This document shows positions 25,701 to 38,179 of a stretch of 64,000 nt of DNA, one piece after another (within the stretch, counting starts at the first letter, position 1; each line of letters opens with the position of its first letter). Both the position numbers and the translations under genes were made by a program. The notes beneath the pieces are model-generated. The model was not told where the DNA came from, did no database searches, and saw nothing but the letters and a program-made list of their open reading frames with translations. The stretch spans positions 120,287,741 through 120,351,740 of the forward strand of contig CM041465.1 in the NCBI GenBank assembly GCA_023213395.1, given 5' to 3'. Source of the stretch: Cycas panzhihuaensis (lineage: Eukaryota; Plantae; Cycadophyta).

Positions 25701-28601
25701 AGAGGACTATCCCTCTTTTTTGATAGAAAGAAAACCCTAAAACCTATGAATAACTAGAAGAAGAAAAGAGAAAATAAATAAAATGCATATAAGATGTGAT
25801 TTTTATTGAATGCAATCAACAAAGAGTTTAATTTAACAAACAAGAATATAGCCCCATAAATTCAAGGAATCACAACATGCATGACCCCCTTCCTTATTGG
25901 GTCTTCAAAAAGACACATGTCAGAATGCAAGTGTAAATGTAGTATGCAAGAAAAAAGAAAATTCCTTTTAAACTTTTTTTTTTTTGTTTCTTTTAATAAA
26001 CTCTCTTTTTTAAATGAAACCCCACATGCAAGGTGAGAGAAGAGCAAATAGTAATGAACACACAACAATAAATAACTCTCTCCTCCCTTTTACTTTTGAA
26101 GGTAAAACTAAAAAATAGAAAGATATTTTCAAGCTTTTTCTTTTTTAAATTGAATCTATGAAAGGAAGGGTTTGAGAAATACCTAGAATGATATTCTAAA
26201 TATCTAATTTTACCCTTTTTTCTAAGTAATTTTCTCCATAATTCTGTAAGTTAGAAACATACTCAAAACAAGATTAGGAAAACATACATATCCAACTAAT
26301 TTTTAGGGAAAATCTGACAACATTTCTACTTGATGGATTGACTTATTAAAAAAAAAAAATTATGATTTAAATAAAGGGTGCTAAAAATCCATTTAAATAC
26401 CATTTTAGCATATTAACCTTTTGTAGTTTATTGATAAAAGTTGGATAACATGCCTGCTATGTAATAGGCACTTTATTAGGTAGGGAAGGAGAATGAAGAA
26501 AGAAGGGAGGTGCTCCTCCAATAGCTTTGAATACTCTCTAACCTATACACAAATCTTTAGACAACCCTCCCACTTGCACAGATTAGTTGGTTATAAACTA
26601 TATAACAAACATGATGGAAAGGCTAATAAATAAAAGTTGAATTATTAAATCAAAATAAAGTAAAGAAATGATATGAAGAGGGGTCTCATAAATGGCAATT
26701 TTGTCACCTTTTTCTAATTCTAGTTAAGTAATATCAACCCTTCTTTCATTTTGTAAGACACTAATAACATGGAGAGTGAAGCAAGCAAAGAGAAAAGGAC
26801 TAAAATCAAGACAAATAATAAGCATGAAAAAGGGGTGGTTTAATGTTATAAAGTAACCAACAAAAACTTAGAAAAAGGGTGAAAATCTTGGTAGTGTGGG
26901 GTGTATTGCCCCTATTTTGAGTGAGGCAGAGATGCTAATGATGTTTCATTCTAGCCATAGAGTGCACTAATGACAACCAATATTCAATCCTCAAGCCAAG
27001 AATAGAAGCCAACAATCAAGTTTATATGTAGATGGAAAATTTAGATAGATTTCATTAGTATGGCAATGACATAACTACTCTTAAATTGACCTCCCATTTC
27101 TAAAGAAAAGGTGGGGTATAAGTAAACAATGGAGGAGCTAGGGGCCATGGTTTTGGGACCATAGATTAGAGGGATACCATAGGTTAATTTCCCATGGTTT
27201 TAGGGAAAATTAATACTAAAGGCATTAATTAGCCCATGGTTTTAAATCGAAACCCATGGGCATCCCATGGTTAGTAAGTTGTTCTGCAAGTAGGCACCAT
27301 AAATGTGTGACCTACCATTGGGAAAAAAAAGTGAAAGAATTAGAATCATAAAGCTTTTGATAGTACTACAAAATTTTAAGGTAATGTTGTTGTAAACTTA
27401 GTAGTGCATTAGAAATGAGATATTCACAAAAGAAAAAATTAAAATTAAAATAAGATGACAATAAGCATGGTAGTATGAATGAAAAAAAAGAATAAAAATA
27501 AGAGTTTTAAATGAAAAAAGGTCCAAACAAATAGGAAATATAGGTCAATGCTATAAATAGAAGGAAAAGAAGGATAATAAGTGTCTTGTAAAGGTATTGA
27601 GAGGCCTTTAACTCAATGAGCTCAGATAGACAACTGTAAAGCCATCGATAATGGTCAAAATGATTATTGGCTAGCTATAAACATATTCATCCAATAAACC
27701 AACATATAAATAAAAGTATATGCTTGTAAAAGAACTAATCTAAGCTAACTAGAAAGTAAGAAACACATACCTTTACTTGCCTATTAACACGATGACTATG
27801 AAGCTTCTAGATTTTGGGGAACATTTATCAAACTATGTATGACCATATAAGTAAAATTTGGCCTAAATAGCCTTAACACAATCTTATTATTCCCTCATAT
27901 TATAAACCCTATTACTCTTATAAATAATAAGTACATCATCAAATATGGCAAATAACCTTGTACTTATTGTAAGCTTGTATTATCTTTTACCCATGCTTGT
28001 CAAATTTCCATGCATTAATCTCTTAATAAATAATGATCAATAATGAATAATCACATCAAAATACTAGGGAAATAACTTACTGTAGGAGTGAATCCCCATT
28101 GAGATACTCACAATAGCCTCCATAAGACTAAACTAATCTAACATATGATGCCTACAACCATACATCTCTCTTGTTATATATTTCTCTCACTTTAATAGGT
28201 TTTATATGCATGTTTTGATGTCTTCAAGTAGTGTACAACCTTCTCCATATCATTGCAAACTTGATAAAATTTAACATATCTTGAGAATAGGTCGACATGC
28301 ATAAATAATATCCACATAAATGAAAGAATCAAATTCTCACCATTGTCTTAAATATCAACTATCATCTTGCCCTTGATATATAGTCATATCTTGTTATTAT
28401 ACACTTAATTTTGGCTTATCAAATAACTCCTAATATTAGCTCATACTAACTCAGTATTGTCTCAAACTAACTCCCATAGTGCATGTATGGATCATCCTCA
28501 GATGGTGAAAATCGTCACCATGTGTGTGTGGTCTTCAACATCTTACTCTGTCAACATACTTCCTACTTTTGGTATGCCACTTTGATCTACTTTGAACCTA
28601 A

Positions 28602-29136
28602 GCTCTAATACCATGTTAAAATTTATGAAATGACTTATCAGGAAGTAATGATATGATGTTAAAATTTATTACATAAAATAACACTTGATGTAATGAAGTA
28701 GAAGAAATGTAATCACATGATCAATTGATAATATAATGAGCATAATAAATGAATAAGGATAAGGGCAAATATTCAATCATGTAAATATCATATGTGACAT
28801 TTATGTAAATATCATATGTGACATTATGTTTAATGTAAGAAACTCATGAATTGAAAAAACTACCTCCAATCTTATATGAAATGTCATATTAATGAAAATT
28901 AATCAACAATCCTCATGGTGAGCCATCCTAACCTTATGAAAGGATTAGGTGATCTAATTTGCCTTATAATATGTATCATCCTTATATAGATGTGTTGTCT
29001 CATCATCATTTAATCATATTTTATCATTACATTAACCTATAAGATCTTGTGTCTGAGAACCTTTCACATTGACGAGTGACTATTTGACCACTAATTAAAC
29101 GCTACATCAATATTCATGAAATTTAATATTTCAACA
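28602..29136 (-). mobile_element. PBS plus 5' LTR of a truncated LTR retrotransposon adjoining the LINE fragment
   Basis: PBS TGGTATTAGAGC (28602-28613); LTR TGTTAAAAT...ATTTCAACA (28614-29136) with terminal inverted repeat; internal 24-bp duplication at 28779-28825. Confidence 0.7.
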
Positions 29137-30085
29137 TATTCTAACCATTTCTATTTTAACGTCTCTATTAATGTTGTCATCCTCTTTTAAAAGTTTAGAG
29201 AAGAAATTAGATACATGTTCTCTAATGGCTTCAACTTCAAATATATCCTCCCCACATCTAATTTGGATTGTTCTCATATGGTTCTTCATCCTCTTGACGA
29301 TGATTGAGTTATGAAAAACACCTTGTATTGGCATTCCTAACTTTATTCCATAATGCGTGTGATTAGAGCCACAAAACCTCCCCCTCTTTGAAATCCATTG
29401 TCTTTATCTTATCTACCCATTAGCTCATTTCTGTTGTGATATTCTCTTCATCTAACCCTTCCTTAACATAGTTTTTAAGGTGAGTTATATTTTTTCTATG
29501 TTTTCATTTCCTAGCCTAGAAGTTCTCATAGGCCTTCTTTATTATTCCCTTAATTCTTTAAATAGTACAATTTTTCATAGAAAATGAACATCTTTGTTCT
29601 ATAAGGATTTTATTCATTCCATCATCCCTTGGCCTTGCCTTAGAAATCTGGATGCTTTGTTAAGGTAAGATTAAGGTTGAATAGACTTTTCTTTGATGCC
29701 TCTTGCTTGATCATCTCTAAGAGAATATACCAACGATTAGATCTCACTCTTATTAAAATTTGGATTATGCTAAAGTGCTAGTTTGTAGTAACTCATTTGA
29801 GATAATGAATATGTTGAGCCACTCCATTATATGCTCATTGCCCCTTCTATAGTTTGTCTAGGTAAATTTTCTATTTGATGGGTATACATCCACCAGGTCT
29901 CTTATAATTGAGATCCCTCAATTTTTTTCGTCCATACTAAAAAGTCCATTAAAGTCTCCTTTTATAATCTAATTGGATGAGTTATTCATCTACCAATCTT
30001 CTATAATTCCTTGTCAACATTGTTTAACTGGTTAATAATGATAAGGGCCATAAACATTTGTGATTTCATAAACAACACTTGTGTT
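29137..30085 (-). mobile_element. Old L1 LINE fragment (ORF2 endonuclease and linker)
   Basis: ITNVYGP, IIKGDFN, and FHNSIIVKRMKNH...IREHVSNFFSKLL. Confidence 0.8.
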
Positions 30086-30176
30086 TCTAAGTTCTAAAGT
30101 AATTATAAGCCAATTTATTCCCTCAATTTTGTTGCATAGTTTCTATACAAATGGATCTAAAATTGAGGCCAATCTC

Positions 30177-30199
30177 CACACACACACACACACACACAC
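30177..30199. repeat. (CA)n microsatellite
   Basis: Uninterrupted CA run. Confidence 0.95.
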
Positions 30200-31811
30200 G
30201 TGTATTAGATTATGTGTTTTATTGTCATACAAGAAACTCCAAGAAACCATAACAAACATATTAGAACATGCAAATTCTTAATTGTTAGGGAAGAAAATTG
30301 ATGGCAAGTCTATTTGTTAATGGAGCAACATCATGCCCTAAATTGCCCTAATTATGTCAAGTTACATGTGGAGATCCATACCTTAGGAGGCCCACATGGT
30401 GGTCATCAATGAAAGACAAGTGATTAAACCTATGGATGTCAAGGTTAGTTGCTATTAGAGGATGCATTAAAGGCCAAGCCAGATATCTTGCTCCTTAGAA
30501 TTGTAATATTTATAATCAAATTTTAAAATATTTAAGATATATTTATATACATATAGATTCTATTAAATATTTGGGACATATTTGTATACATATAAATTCT
30601 ATTAAATAGATCCAATGAAAATTTTATAAATCATTAATGCTTGCATTAATAATTTATTAGTTTGGAAGATATGTGTGTCACAATCAAGGCGAAGGATGAT
30701 TAAAAGAAAGAGTCATTATTGTATGAAATGAGGACATGCATCTTTTATGTGAAAATGAAGCATGCTTGAAGCTCATCATTTATGATTAGTGTAAGTTGAA
30801 CTTATTGTACTTTTAGATCCACATTTTAAAATATATAAGAAAATGAGAAAACTTAAAATAAAGCACATAAAGGGATAATGTGTATGTGATAGTCTATGGA
30901 AATTGTAAGAGCATGACTTTAGAAAGCTCGAGTAGAGCTATGAGACCAATTACCGTGAAACGTCATACTCAAGACCAATTTGCATCTTGAATAACTTGCT
31001 TGCTTTCTAACATTACATTGTTTATCATCCAAATTTGAAATATTCATTATGTTTATTTATAAACAGAAATTCTATGAAATGCATTCCCTGAAAATCAAAT
31101 AAATCACTGATGCCTACAATAATAACTTACCGACTCGAAAGGTCGATGTTACACGGCTAAGGACATGAGAATTGTACGATAAAACAAAGGCCATCATAGT
31201 TTGATATGGGGCCATGCCTCCATTACGTGAAATTCATGTTGCTTATGTCCATAATTTACGGCTACTTTGCCTTGTGATTCATTGCACCTTTTAATGCACA
31301 TTCTAAAATACCCAAGGAAAAACATCGAAACAGAGACTCTGCAATAATTATAATTAAAATTTGACATATCCATTATGTCCAGGTGTAAATTCCATTAAAT
31401 GCACGCATTGAAATCTAATAAAGCATGTCTACGGTACTAAATTCCCAAGTGCTAAGATAAATGCTTCACGCTCCAAGGATACGAGAATTGTACGGTAAAA
31501 CAATTAACTTTCAATGTTCGAGACAGGAGGACGCCTCTCGCATTTCAAGATGATGTATGCCTAAGTTTGTAATTTATGAATGTTTTGCTTTTTAATTTTT
31601 TTTTCTGTGGAGTCATTGCACCTTTCGATCCGTGTTCCAAAAGATCAAAAACAAAACAACCGTCAGAGTAAGTACTCGCACATGATGCCTGCGAATCGTT
31701 GCAGCATTTCCCTGAGATCAGAGCCGAGCTGAAAAGTCGGTATGGTTGTTTTGTTTGCTTATGGAAATCCAGGAATTTTAGATCTCCCGATTTCATTAAC
31801 GTCTTGGATTT

Positions 31812-33497
31812 ATGGAACTTCCGAAGGTCCGACGTTCTTCAATTGTGTTTCGAGAACAGGATGTGGATGCTCTTCACGCTGCTTGGCAAGAAGATTTGAA
31901 TGATCAACAGCAGTCTGTTCTTCAATCGGCCGGCATTGTACCGTTCTTAAAGGCGGTAGTCTATCGGAGCGAGAGTGCCCTCTGTTGCGCCATCATTGAT
32001 TTTATGGTGAGCGCTCGGCTCAATTTCGTTGGTGAAACCAAGTTACTCGAGATCACAGAAGACAAAATTCACCAAGTAACGGGATTACCCAACTCCGGAA
32101 GAGATGTCACTGCGTCTGCCAAATATGATCGGCTTGGGGTTGCAATTCATCTTACAAATTCTGAACGGGCTGCTCGCAAGAAAGGGTTAATGTTTGATTT
32201 CATAGCGGATCCAGTGGTGCGGTTCGCTGCAAAATTTTTAGTTTATCGACTCTTGGGAATGGGGAAGCAAAATTATATTCCGTTCAGACATGTTCAGACC
32301 GCCATTGACGTCGCAAAGGGGGAGCAATTCAATTGGAGTAAATATGTGAAGGGACAAATACTGCAGCAAATTGCACGTATCCAGAGACATCGCCGGGGTA
32401 CCTTTAACTACCCGACTATCCTTCAGGCTTTGGCACTCACAACGTTTTCCGATCCTCTCATTCCTCGAAAGTTTATAGCACACGACGAGGCGCGCATTAA
32501 CGTTTATTCGATCTGTGGAAGGAACGTTCCCAAGTCTGCCATTGACAAGAAAAAGATTAAAGAAGGAATTTCACGGTTATTAGATAGTATTATGGTGAAA
32601 CATGGACATCGTGTTATTGAGGAAGATACGTGTAAGGTGGTAAGTATGATTGGATGGAAGAGGAAGATGTTTAATGATTCGCTGGATAGAGCTCTTAGAA
32701 AAATTCGGAAAAAAGCAAGGACATCATCCGTTAAACGTCCCAGGCGGTTTACTGGGTTTGGCGCAGAACCAAAATTGCCCACGTCCTCCCCGCCGAAGGA
32801 GTGTGGCACGTCAGATATACTCCGAGATCAGATTCGCAGTGCTTCTGTTTTGGGTGGAATGGAGATTTATCCGACATTTGACGCTGTAAGTAACGGTAAT
32901 TCTGAAAGCTGTGCTTCCAAGGGATCAGGGGGGGAGGAGCAACAGCATAAACTTTGGAATGGGCCTGATCCACAATACGTTCTCTCTGGCACTACGGATG
33001 TGAAAAACGGAAGTTCGGGTATCGATGGTTGTCGGAGATTAAGTGCCACGTTAAACGAGCGGACCAAAATTTTGAAAACAAGTGACGGAACCGTCCGGGA
33101 GGAGTCGTCCAGCGTGGAAGGGCACGTTCGGATGCTCTGTGAGTACGAACAGACGAAGGCTGACATTCTTCGCATATTTGAAACTCAGAATTCACAGCTG
33201 GTCGCCGAAAATGTTCGTCTTATGACGGAAAATTCAGTGCTGGAGGCGAAGAAAACCGCCCTTGAGGGCGAGTGCGTGCAATTGACAAATGCAAAGCAAC
33301 GGTTGGAAGCCAGCAACGGTACATCGGAGTCTGAGAAATTTGCGTTAGTAACTGAATTGCTCCAACAAATTCACTGCCCGGTCCACTTGGAGAGGCTTTT
33401 GGACACGATATTGCTTCAACTCAGTCGCCTTACAACCGGTTCAGAGAACCTACTGAACTCCATTGAGAAACGTTCGACACAAGCAGAGTCACAATGA
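31812..33497 (+). CDS. Intact intronless 561-aa protein: N-terminal retrotransposon-accessory (PMD/Transposase_32-like) domain, basic NLS-like patch, C-terminal coiled coil
   Basis: Only long open frame in the window; CpG-rich; upstream in-frame stop at 31797. Motifs ITEDKIHQVTGLP-x-SG, VRFAAKFLVYRL, GEQFNWSKYV, GTFNYPTIL; basic patch RKIRKKARTSSVKRPRR; heptad repeat LVAENVRLMTENSVLEAKKTALEGECVQL. Confidence 0.8.
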   Translation: MELPKVRRSSIVFREQDVDALHAAWQEDLNDQQQSVLQSAGIVPFLKAVVYRSESALCCAIIDFMVSARLNFVGETKLLEITEDKIHQVTGLPNSGRDVTASAKYDRLGVAIHLTNSERAARKKGLMFDFIADPVVRFAAKFLVYRLLGMGKQNYIPFRHVQTAIDVAKGEQFNWSKYVKGQILQQIARIQRHRRGTFNYPTILQALALTTFSDPLIPRKFIAHDEARINVYSICGRNVPKSAIDKKKIKEGISRLLDSIMVKHGHRVIEEDTCKVVSMIGWKRKMFNDSLDRALRKIRKKARTSSVKRPRRFTGFGAEPKLPTSSPPKECGTSDILRDQIRSASVLGGMEIYPTFDAVSNGNSESCASKGSGGEEQQHKLWNGPDPQYVLSGTTDVKNGSSGIDGCRRLSATLNERTKILKTSDGTVREESSSVEGHVRMLCEYEQTKADILRIFETQNSQLVAENVRLMTENSVLEAKKTALEGECVQLTNAKQRLEASNGTSESEKFALVTELLQQIHCPVHLERLLDTILLQLSRLTTGSENLLNSIEKRSTQAESQ

Positions 33498-33579
33498 GCC
33501 TTCCACTTTGGGTGGATGTGCAACCCTGCTATCATCACTCCACTTTTGTTTTGTCGCACCTTTCATCTGCCCTCCCCTT

Positions 33580-33599
33580 CCTCCTCCTCCTCCTCCTCC
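33580..33599. repeat. (CCT)n microsatellite downstream of the ORF
   Basis: CCTCCTCCT run. Confidence 0.85.
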
Positions 33600-34694
33600 A
33601 TTTCTTTTGGTTGGGTGCGCAGAGAATTCTCGAAATTTCGCTTGAAATTATGAAGATCGAGCATGACAATGTGTTGTATCAGATATGTTGAGCAGGACCA
33701 AGATCAGCGGCGATCGTAAGTTAAAGCAGGAAAACATTGCATTTTGGAAGGTATAGAACTCGACAATTGATCAGACAGAAAAATGACGCCTGGGAGAGTT
33801 GTCATAAGGAGTGTCGCCCCTGGTATGGTTGTCATCCTTTACTTCAAAAGAAGATCAAGAAAGCACTCGTAGGTTTAGAGTTATCCACAAAGCCCCAGCT
33901 TGGGACGACTAAATCGGATGGACAGAACCGAATGTTTTCAGCGTATCAGGGGTTTGGACCTTTGTCATATGGTTTTGCGGTCATGTGTTTCAACTTTTAT
34001 TGCAGCGTATAACACGGGTGAATTAATAGCATGTGCTATTTTTGAAAGGAAACTTCGTTTTGTATAACAGACATAGGTAGAATATAAGCCAAAAAAACAA
34101 AATTTCGGAAGTGTTCTGATTATACGCCATGCCTCGTGCAAAATATTGCTGCCTTTTGAATAATGTATGTTCATTCAATGATATCCATAATCTTCAAGAT
34201 CAAATTGAACATGGGCCAAACCATCAGATTTCGAGATTCTTCAAAGCATAACATAAATATATTATCGAGAAGAAAATTTGATGCGAGACATTCTTGAGGA
34301 GATATACTATACCTTAGATTGTTTATTCATTCACTTGTCACAAAGCAAAATAAAACCATATAAGCGAAAATTGTTCATTACCCTAGTCGTGGATGTGAAT
34401 TAGGCGTACGTTTAATTTATTAATTATAATTCTCATAATTATATTAATTAAATAAGTAAATGGATATCGAAAGAACTCCCTTACAATTAGAAGGTTTTAA
34501 CTTTAGAATAAATGATGACTCTTAGAATGCCTAATAAGACCTAATTATATTAGGTAAATCAAAGGCTTTTAAAGTAAGTACAAAATTATAAGGGTCATAC
34601 TCATCTTGGATCCTCGTGGTGAGTAGGTGGGTTAGGAATAAATCTCAAGAACCAATAGAAATGTTGTGATGAGTTTTACACTCTTCAAAGGTTA

Positions 34695-34746
34695 TTACAA
34701 TTGATTCATTCTAACAAGATTTACAATTGATTCATGTTAACAAGAT
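34695..34746. repeat. 26-bp tandem duplication (2 mismatches)
   Basis: TTACAATTGATTCATTCTAACAAGAT / TTACAATTGATTCATGTTAACAAGAT. Confidence 0.9.
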
Positions 34747-34868
34747 GGATAATCTTGGCAATCATGGGATCCACGATGATATAAGAAGTAAATTTTTTTT
34801 TTTCTTTTCCGAGGTAAATGTATATGTCATTAGATTATAAAGTCGAATATAAGACGAGGTTAAAGAGC

Positions 34869-34920
34869 CCATATTGATATAGTCAATATGGAGTCCATAT
34901 TGATATAGTCAATATGGAGT
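34869..34920. repeat. Perfect 26-bp tandem duplication of a hairpin unit
   Basis: (CCATATTGA TATAG TCAATATGG AGT)x2, each with a 9-bp stem. Confidence 0.95.
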
Positions 34921-37900
34921 CCACGACGAAATAAGAAAAAGCCAATTTGATGACATAAGAAAGTTAATTTGATATAATCAACATTATTTATAAGGTGTTT
35001 ACAAAAAAAGGTAAAGTTGTTTTTAACTCTTTGTTTATCTTATTACATGTCACTTATGTATTTTTAGAAAAATTTAATGGTTTATTATTCATGTTATAAA
35101 TGTTCTTTAATTGTTGGGACTTTATTTTTATGGAAGGGAATGAGAATCTTTTAATTCCAATAATTCCAAACCAATAGTCTCAAAACCAATAAGAGTGTTT
35201 GAAACACCTTTAATTTTTATGTTACTCGGAAAGTTGTTTTATACCATCATTTTACCAAGCGTAACCACTCATGGCATTTATAATCCTTTTCTAGGATTAA
35301 ATATTAGAGGTATCATTTGACACAATATTATCTTCTATTCTACCCTTTAGTTGAAGATGATAAGGGTCCATTAAGAAAGATATTCCAATTTGTTGCAATA
35401 AATTTTCTTAAAAATTGTTAATGAAGTTTAGATCTTTATTACCAACTATATTGTTAGGAATTTATGGAGTAGACAACTATGAGAAAAAATATCTTACCAG
35501 GTGGTTTGTTGAAGTTTATTATGTGTTTTGATAAAATAGCCATATTTAGTAAGATGGTCTAAAATAAAAAAGATATAAACTTTGCCTTCCTATTTAAGCA
35601 ATATTAAAAATATATGGAAATTTCATCTCACCATCATTCATGTCCATGTAATGGTTGTAATAGCTTTAGAGTGTATAAGCATTTTACATTTAGTGGATGC
35701 TATGATTTATAACAAATTGTTGCACATACTTGTGTATGCCCTTCTATTGTCAAATCTTCATTTAAATTTTTAGTAATGCCCATTTGTTAGAATCAAATTT
35801 CCTTCTTTTCCCCAAAGAAGTCGAGACTTACGTGAAGATAAGATGTGAGTGAAGCTATATGATGTTTTGTTTTTTTGTATGAGAGTAAATTTTGGCTATC
35901 ATTTTCACTTCCATTATATTTTGTAGTTTTTTGGGTACAACCATACCATTTGAGTTAGTTGACTCAATTCTTTCATATACTAGGGGTTGTTATGACTACT
36001 TAGAAAAATAATCGATCATTTTTGAAATGATCATAAGGATCATAAGGCACCAAAATGTGTTAGAAAATTTGCCTCATAAAGGTTTTTAATGAGGTAAGTT
36101 GGATTTTTCAATGGTATTGTTAAATGCCAATGTCATGTTTAATGCTTTGAGTGATGTTTATTGTAGTATGTTAATAGTGTACTTTGTAAGTTAAACATCA
36201 ACAAAGGCAAGCATTAGGTAATGGGCTAAATTTATTGTTGAAATCTATTTTTAGAATAGTATATCCATAACAAATCTTATGAAAGGGTTTTTTTCTTTTA
36301 TTTTTTAATCATTAAAGGCATCTCAATAAGTTTTGTGTAGAACTTGTTGGATGTTTAGAGGAAACTTAGTGGCGTTTAATTATTGGGGCTTTAATTTCTT
36401 TGTCAACTAAGATGTTGCAATCATGTTCCTAATGAGAGTTAAAATTCTGGGACTTCTTATGTATTTTTGTCCATTCATAAAAGAGTTTACTTGGCCTTTG
36501 GGTGGTTTTGTCTTTACAAGGTTACATTAAAAATACGTTTTAATGTTGAATGTAGGGGTCTATTTTAGGTTTGATTTGTTTAAGAATCTCCTTGAACATA
36601 TTTAAATCTAGTGCAAGGAAGTTATGCTTAAGCAAAAAGTTTTATATTTAAACATTCATGATGCATGTTATACAAACACAAGGGTTAAAGATTGCCCTTT
36701 CATAAAATTTAAACCCAAAATCTTAGCTAAAATAAAAACCATAAATCTTATGGTTTAAAACTCTAATGGATAGATCAAAATCCACACTAAAAAGATGGCA
36801 AGCAAGAATACCATGTCGAAGCAACAACCCATTGCCAAGTCCCAAGCCCAAGGCAAATTAAGTGGAAAAGCAAAAGAGGTGGTGGCATATGCTACTCAAA
36901 AGGGAAAGGGCAAATTGATCAAACAACCTTCTGTCCATCCACCACTCGTCACCCCTAAGCAAGTCTCTCCTTTTGATATCTCAAAAACACTAAGGACTAG
37001 GGGTAGGATAGATGAGAAAAAAGGAACAGGTTTTATTAATGTTTTTTTTAATCCTATTATCCAATATCTTAAGTCCTTTAATGGCTCGTTATAGTATAAT
37101 ATGTTTGTTATTTTGGGTGCCATCTCAAACAAAGAAGGTGGAAGTATAGAAATAAAAGAAATTAATGATGAACTTCATTAGTTGGATAGTTAGGGGACTT
37201 TCTAGCCCATTTAGAAGAATGGTGTTTATCATATATTGTAATAATTTTATAGAGCTTAGAGTATAATGCCTTTAGGAAGTCAAATGTTTTAGTAGTAATC
37301 TTAAATTTGTGGCTTCTTATATTTCAAGGGGCTTTGTGTCATTTAGTACAACTCATAATGAGGGGCATGGCAGTGCTATCACATTACTTTAATCTCATTG
37401 GCCATATTATGGTCTTATCCACCAACTCTCATGATTCTACCTTGATGGAATTCATTTGGTTTACTCAACAAGGTCAACACAAACTGTTCAAACTTGAATT
37501 CGTAAAGCTTAATTAGAACAATACATGCACAACATAATGCATTTGCCCAATGAATGCAACAAATCCAAGTGAATAGGGGGTACTTTTATAATTAGATTTC
37601 TCTTATAGATGATGATAATGTGAAAATATAAGAAATCAAAGTAATTTATTCACTAATAAGACATGTTACACATATACACTTGATTGAAAAAAGAGACTTG
37701 CCAGATTACTTCATAGGGATTAACCATCGAATGCACTGAAATTTGAAGATCACACTTAAGTTGGAGCATGTAACATGAACATTGGAGTACTAGTATATCA
37801 CTTTTCATACAATCCATGAACTATCCCCTTCATTAAAAGACCTCTTTGGAGTATTAAACTAGCAAAGTGGTCACTATTACAATGTTTTATTTTCTACCAA

Positions 37901-38179
37901 AACATACAATATTTCTACACTTTACTTAACCTTTAACCTTTAAGATATAATCAAGAAATGCCATATTACATATGGTTTATTGTTGAATCAATCTCATTGG
38001 ATTATCACACTGTATGACCGATATGTCCTATACCATGTAACGCATGTCAATAATGTTGCATGTGTACATATACTTTGTTCATCTCAATGAACTACGTGTT
38101 TCATATCATAAAATATTCACTAATAATAACAGTGTGAATCCATTCCCTATGTGCATTACTCATGCAAATAGTTAAAGAG

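Noticed and set aside
23470-26322. Possible 5' LTR of the Tat element (TG at 23470, CA near 26322)
   Set aside because: No convincing PBS, and no matching 3' LTR found in the window.
26480-26600. LLEEHLPSFFILLPYL resembling a CACTA transposase motif
   Set aside because: A single weak motif with no supporting domains or termini.
27700-28400. Faint RT-like peptides (IFDDVLII)
   Set aside because: Too degraded to assign a family or domain order.
32238-33195. Short overlapping ORFs within the 561-aa CDS
   Set aside because: Alternative-frame by-products with no independent evidence.
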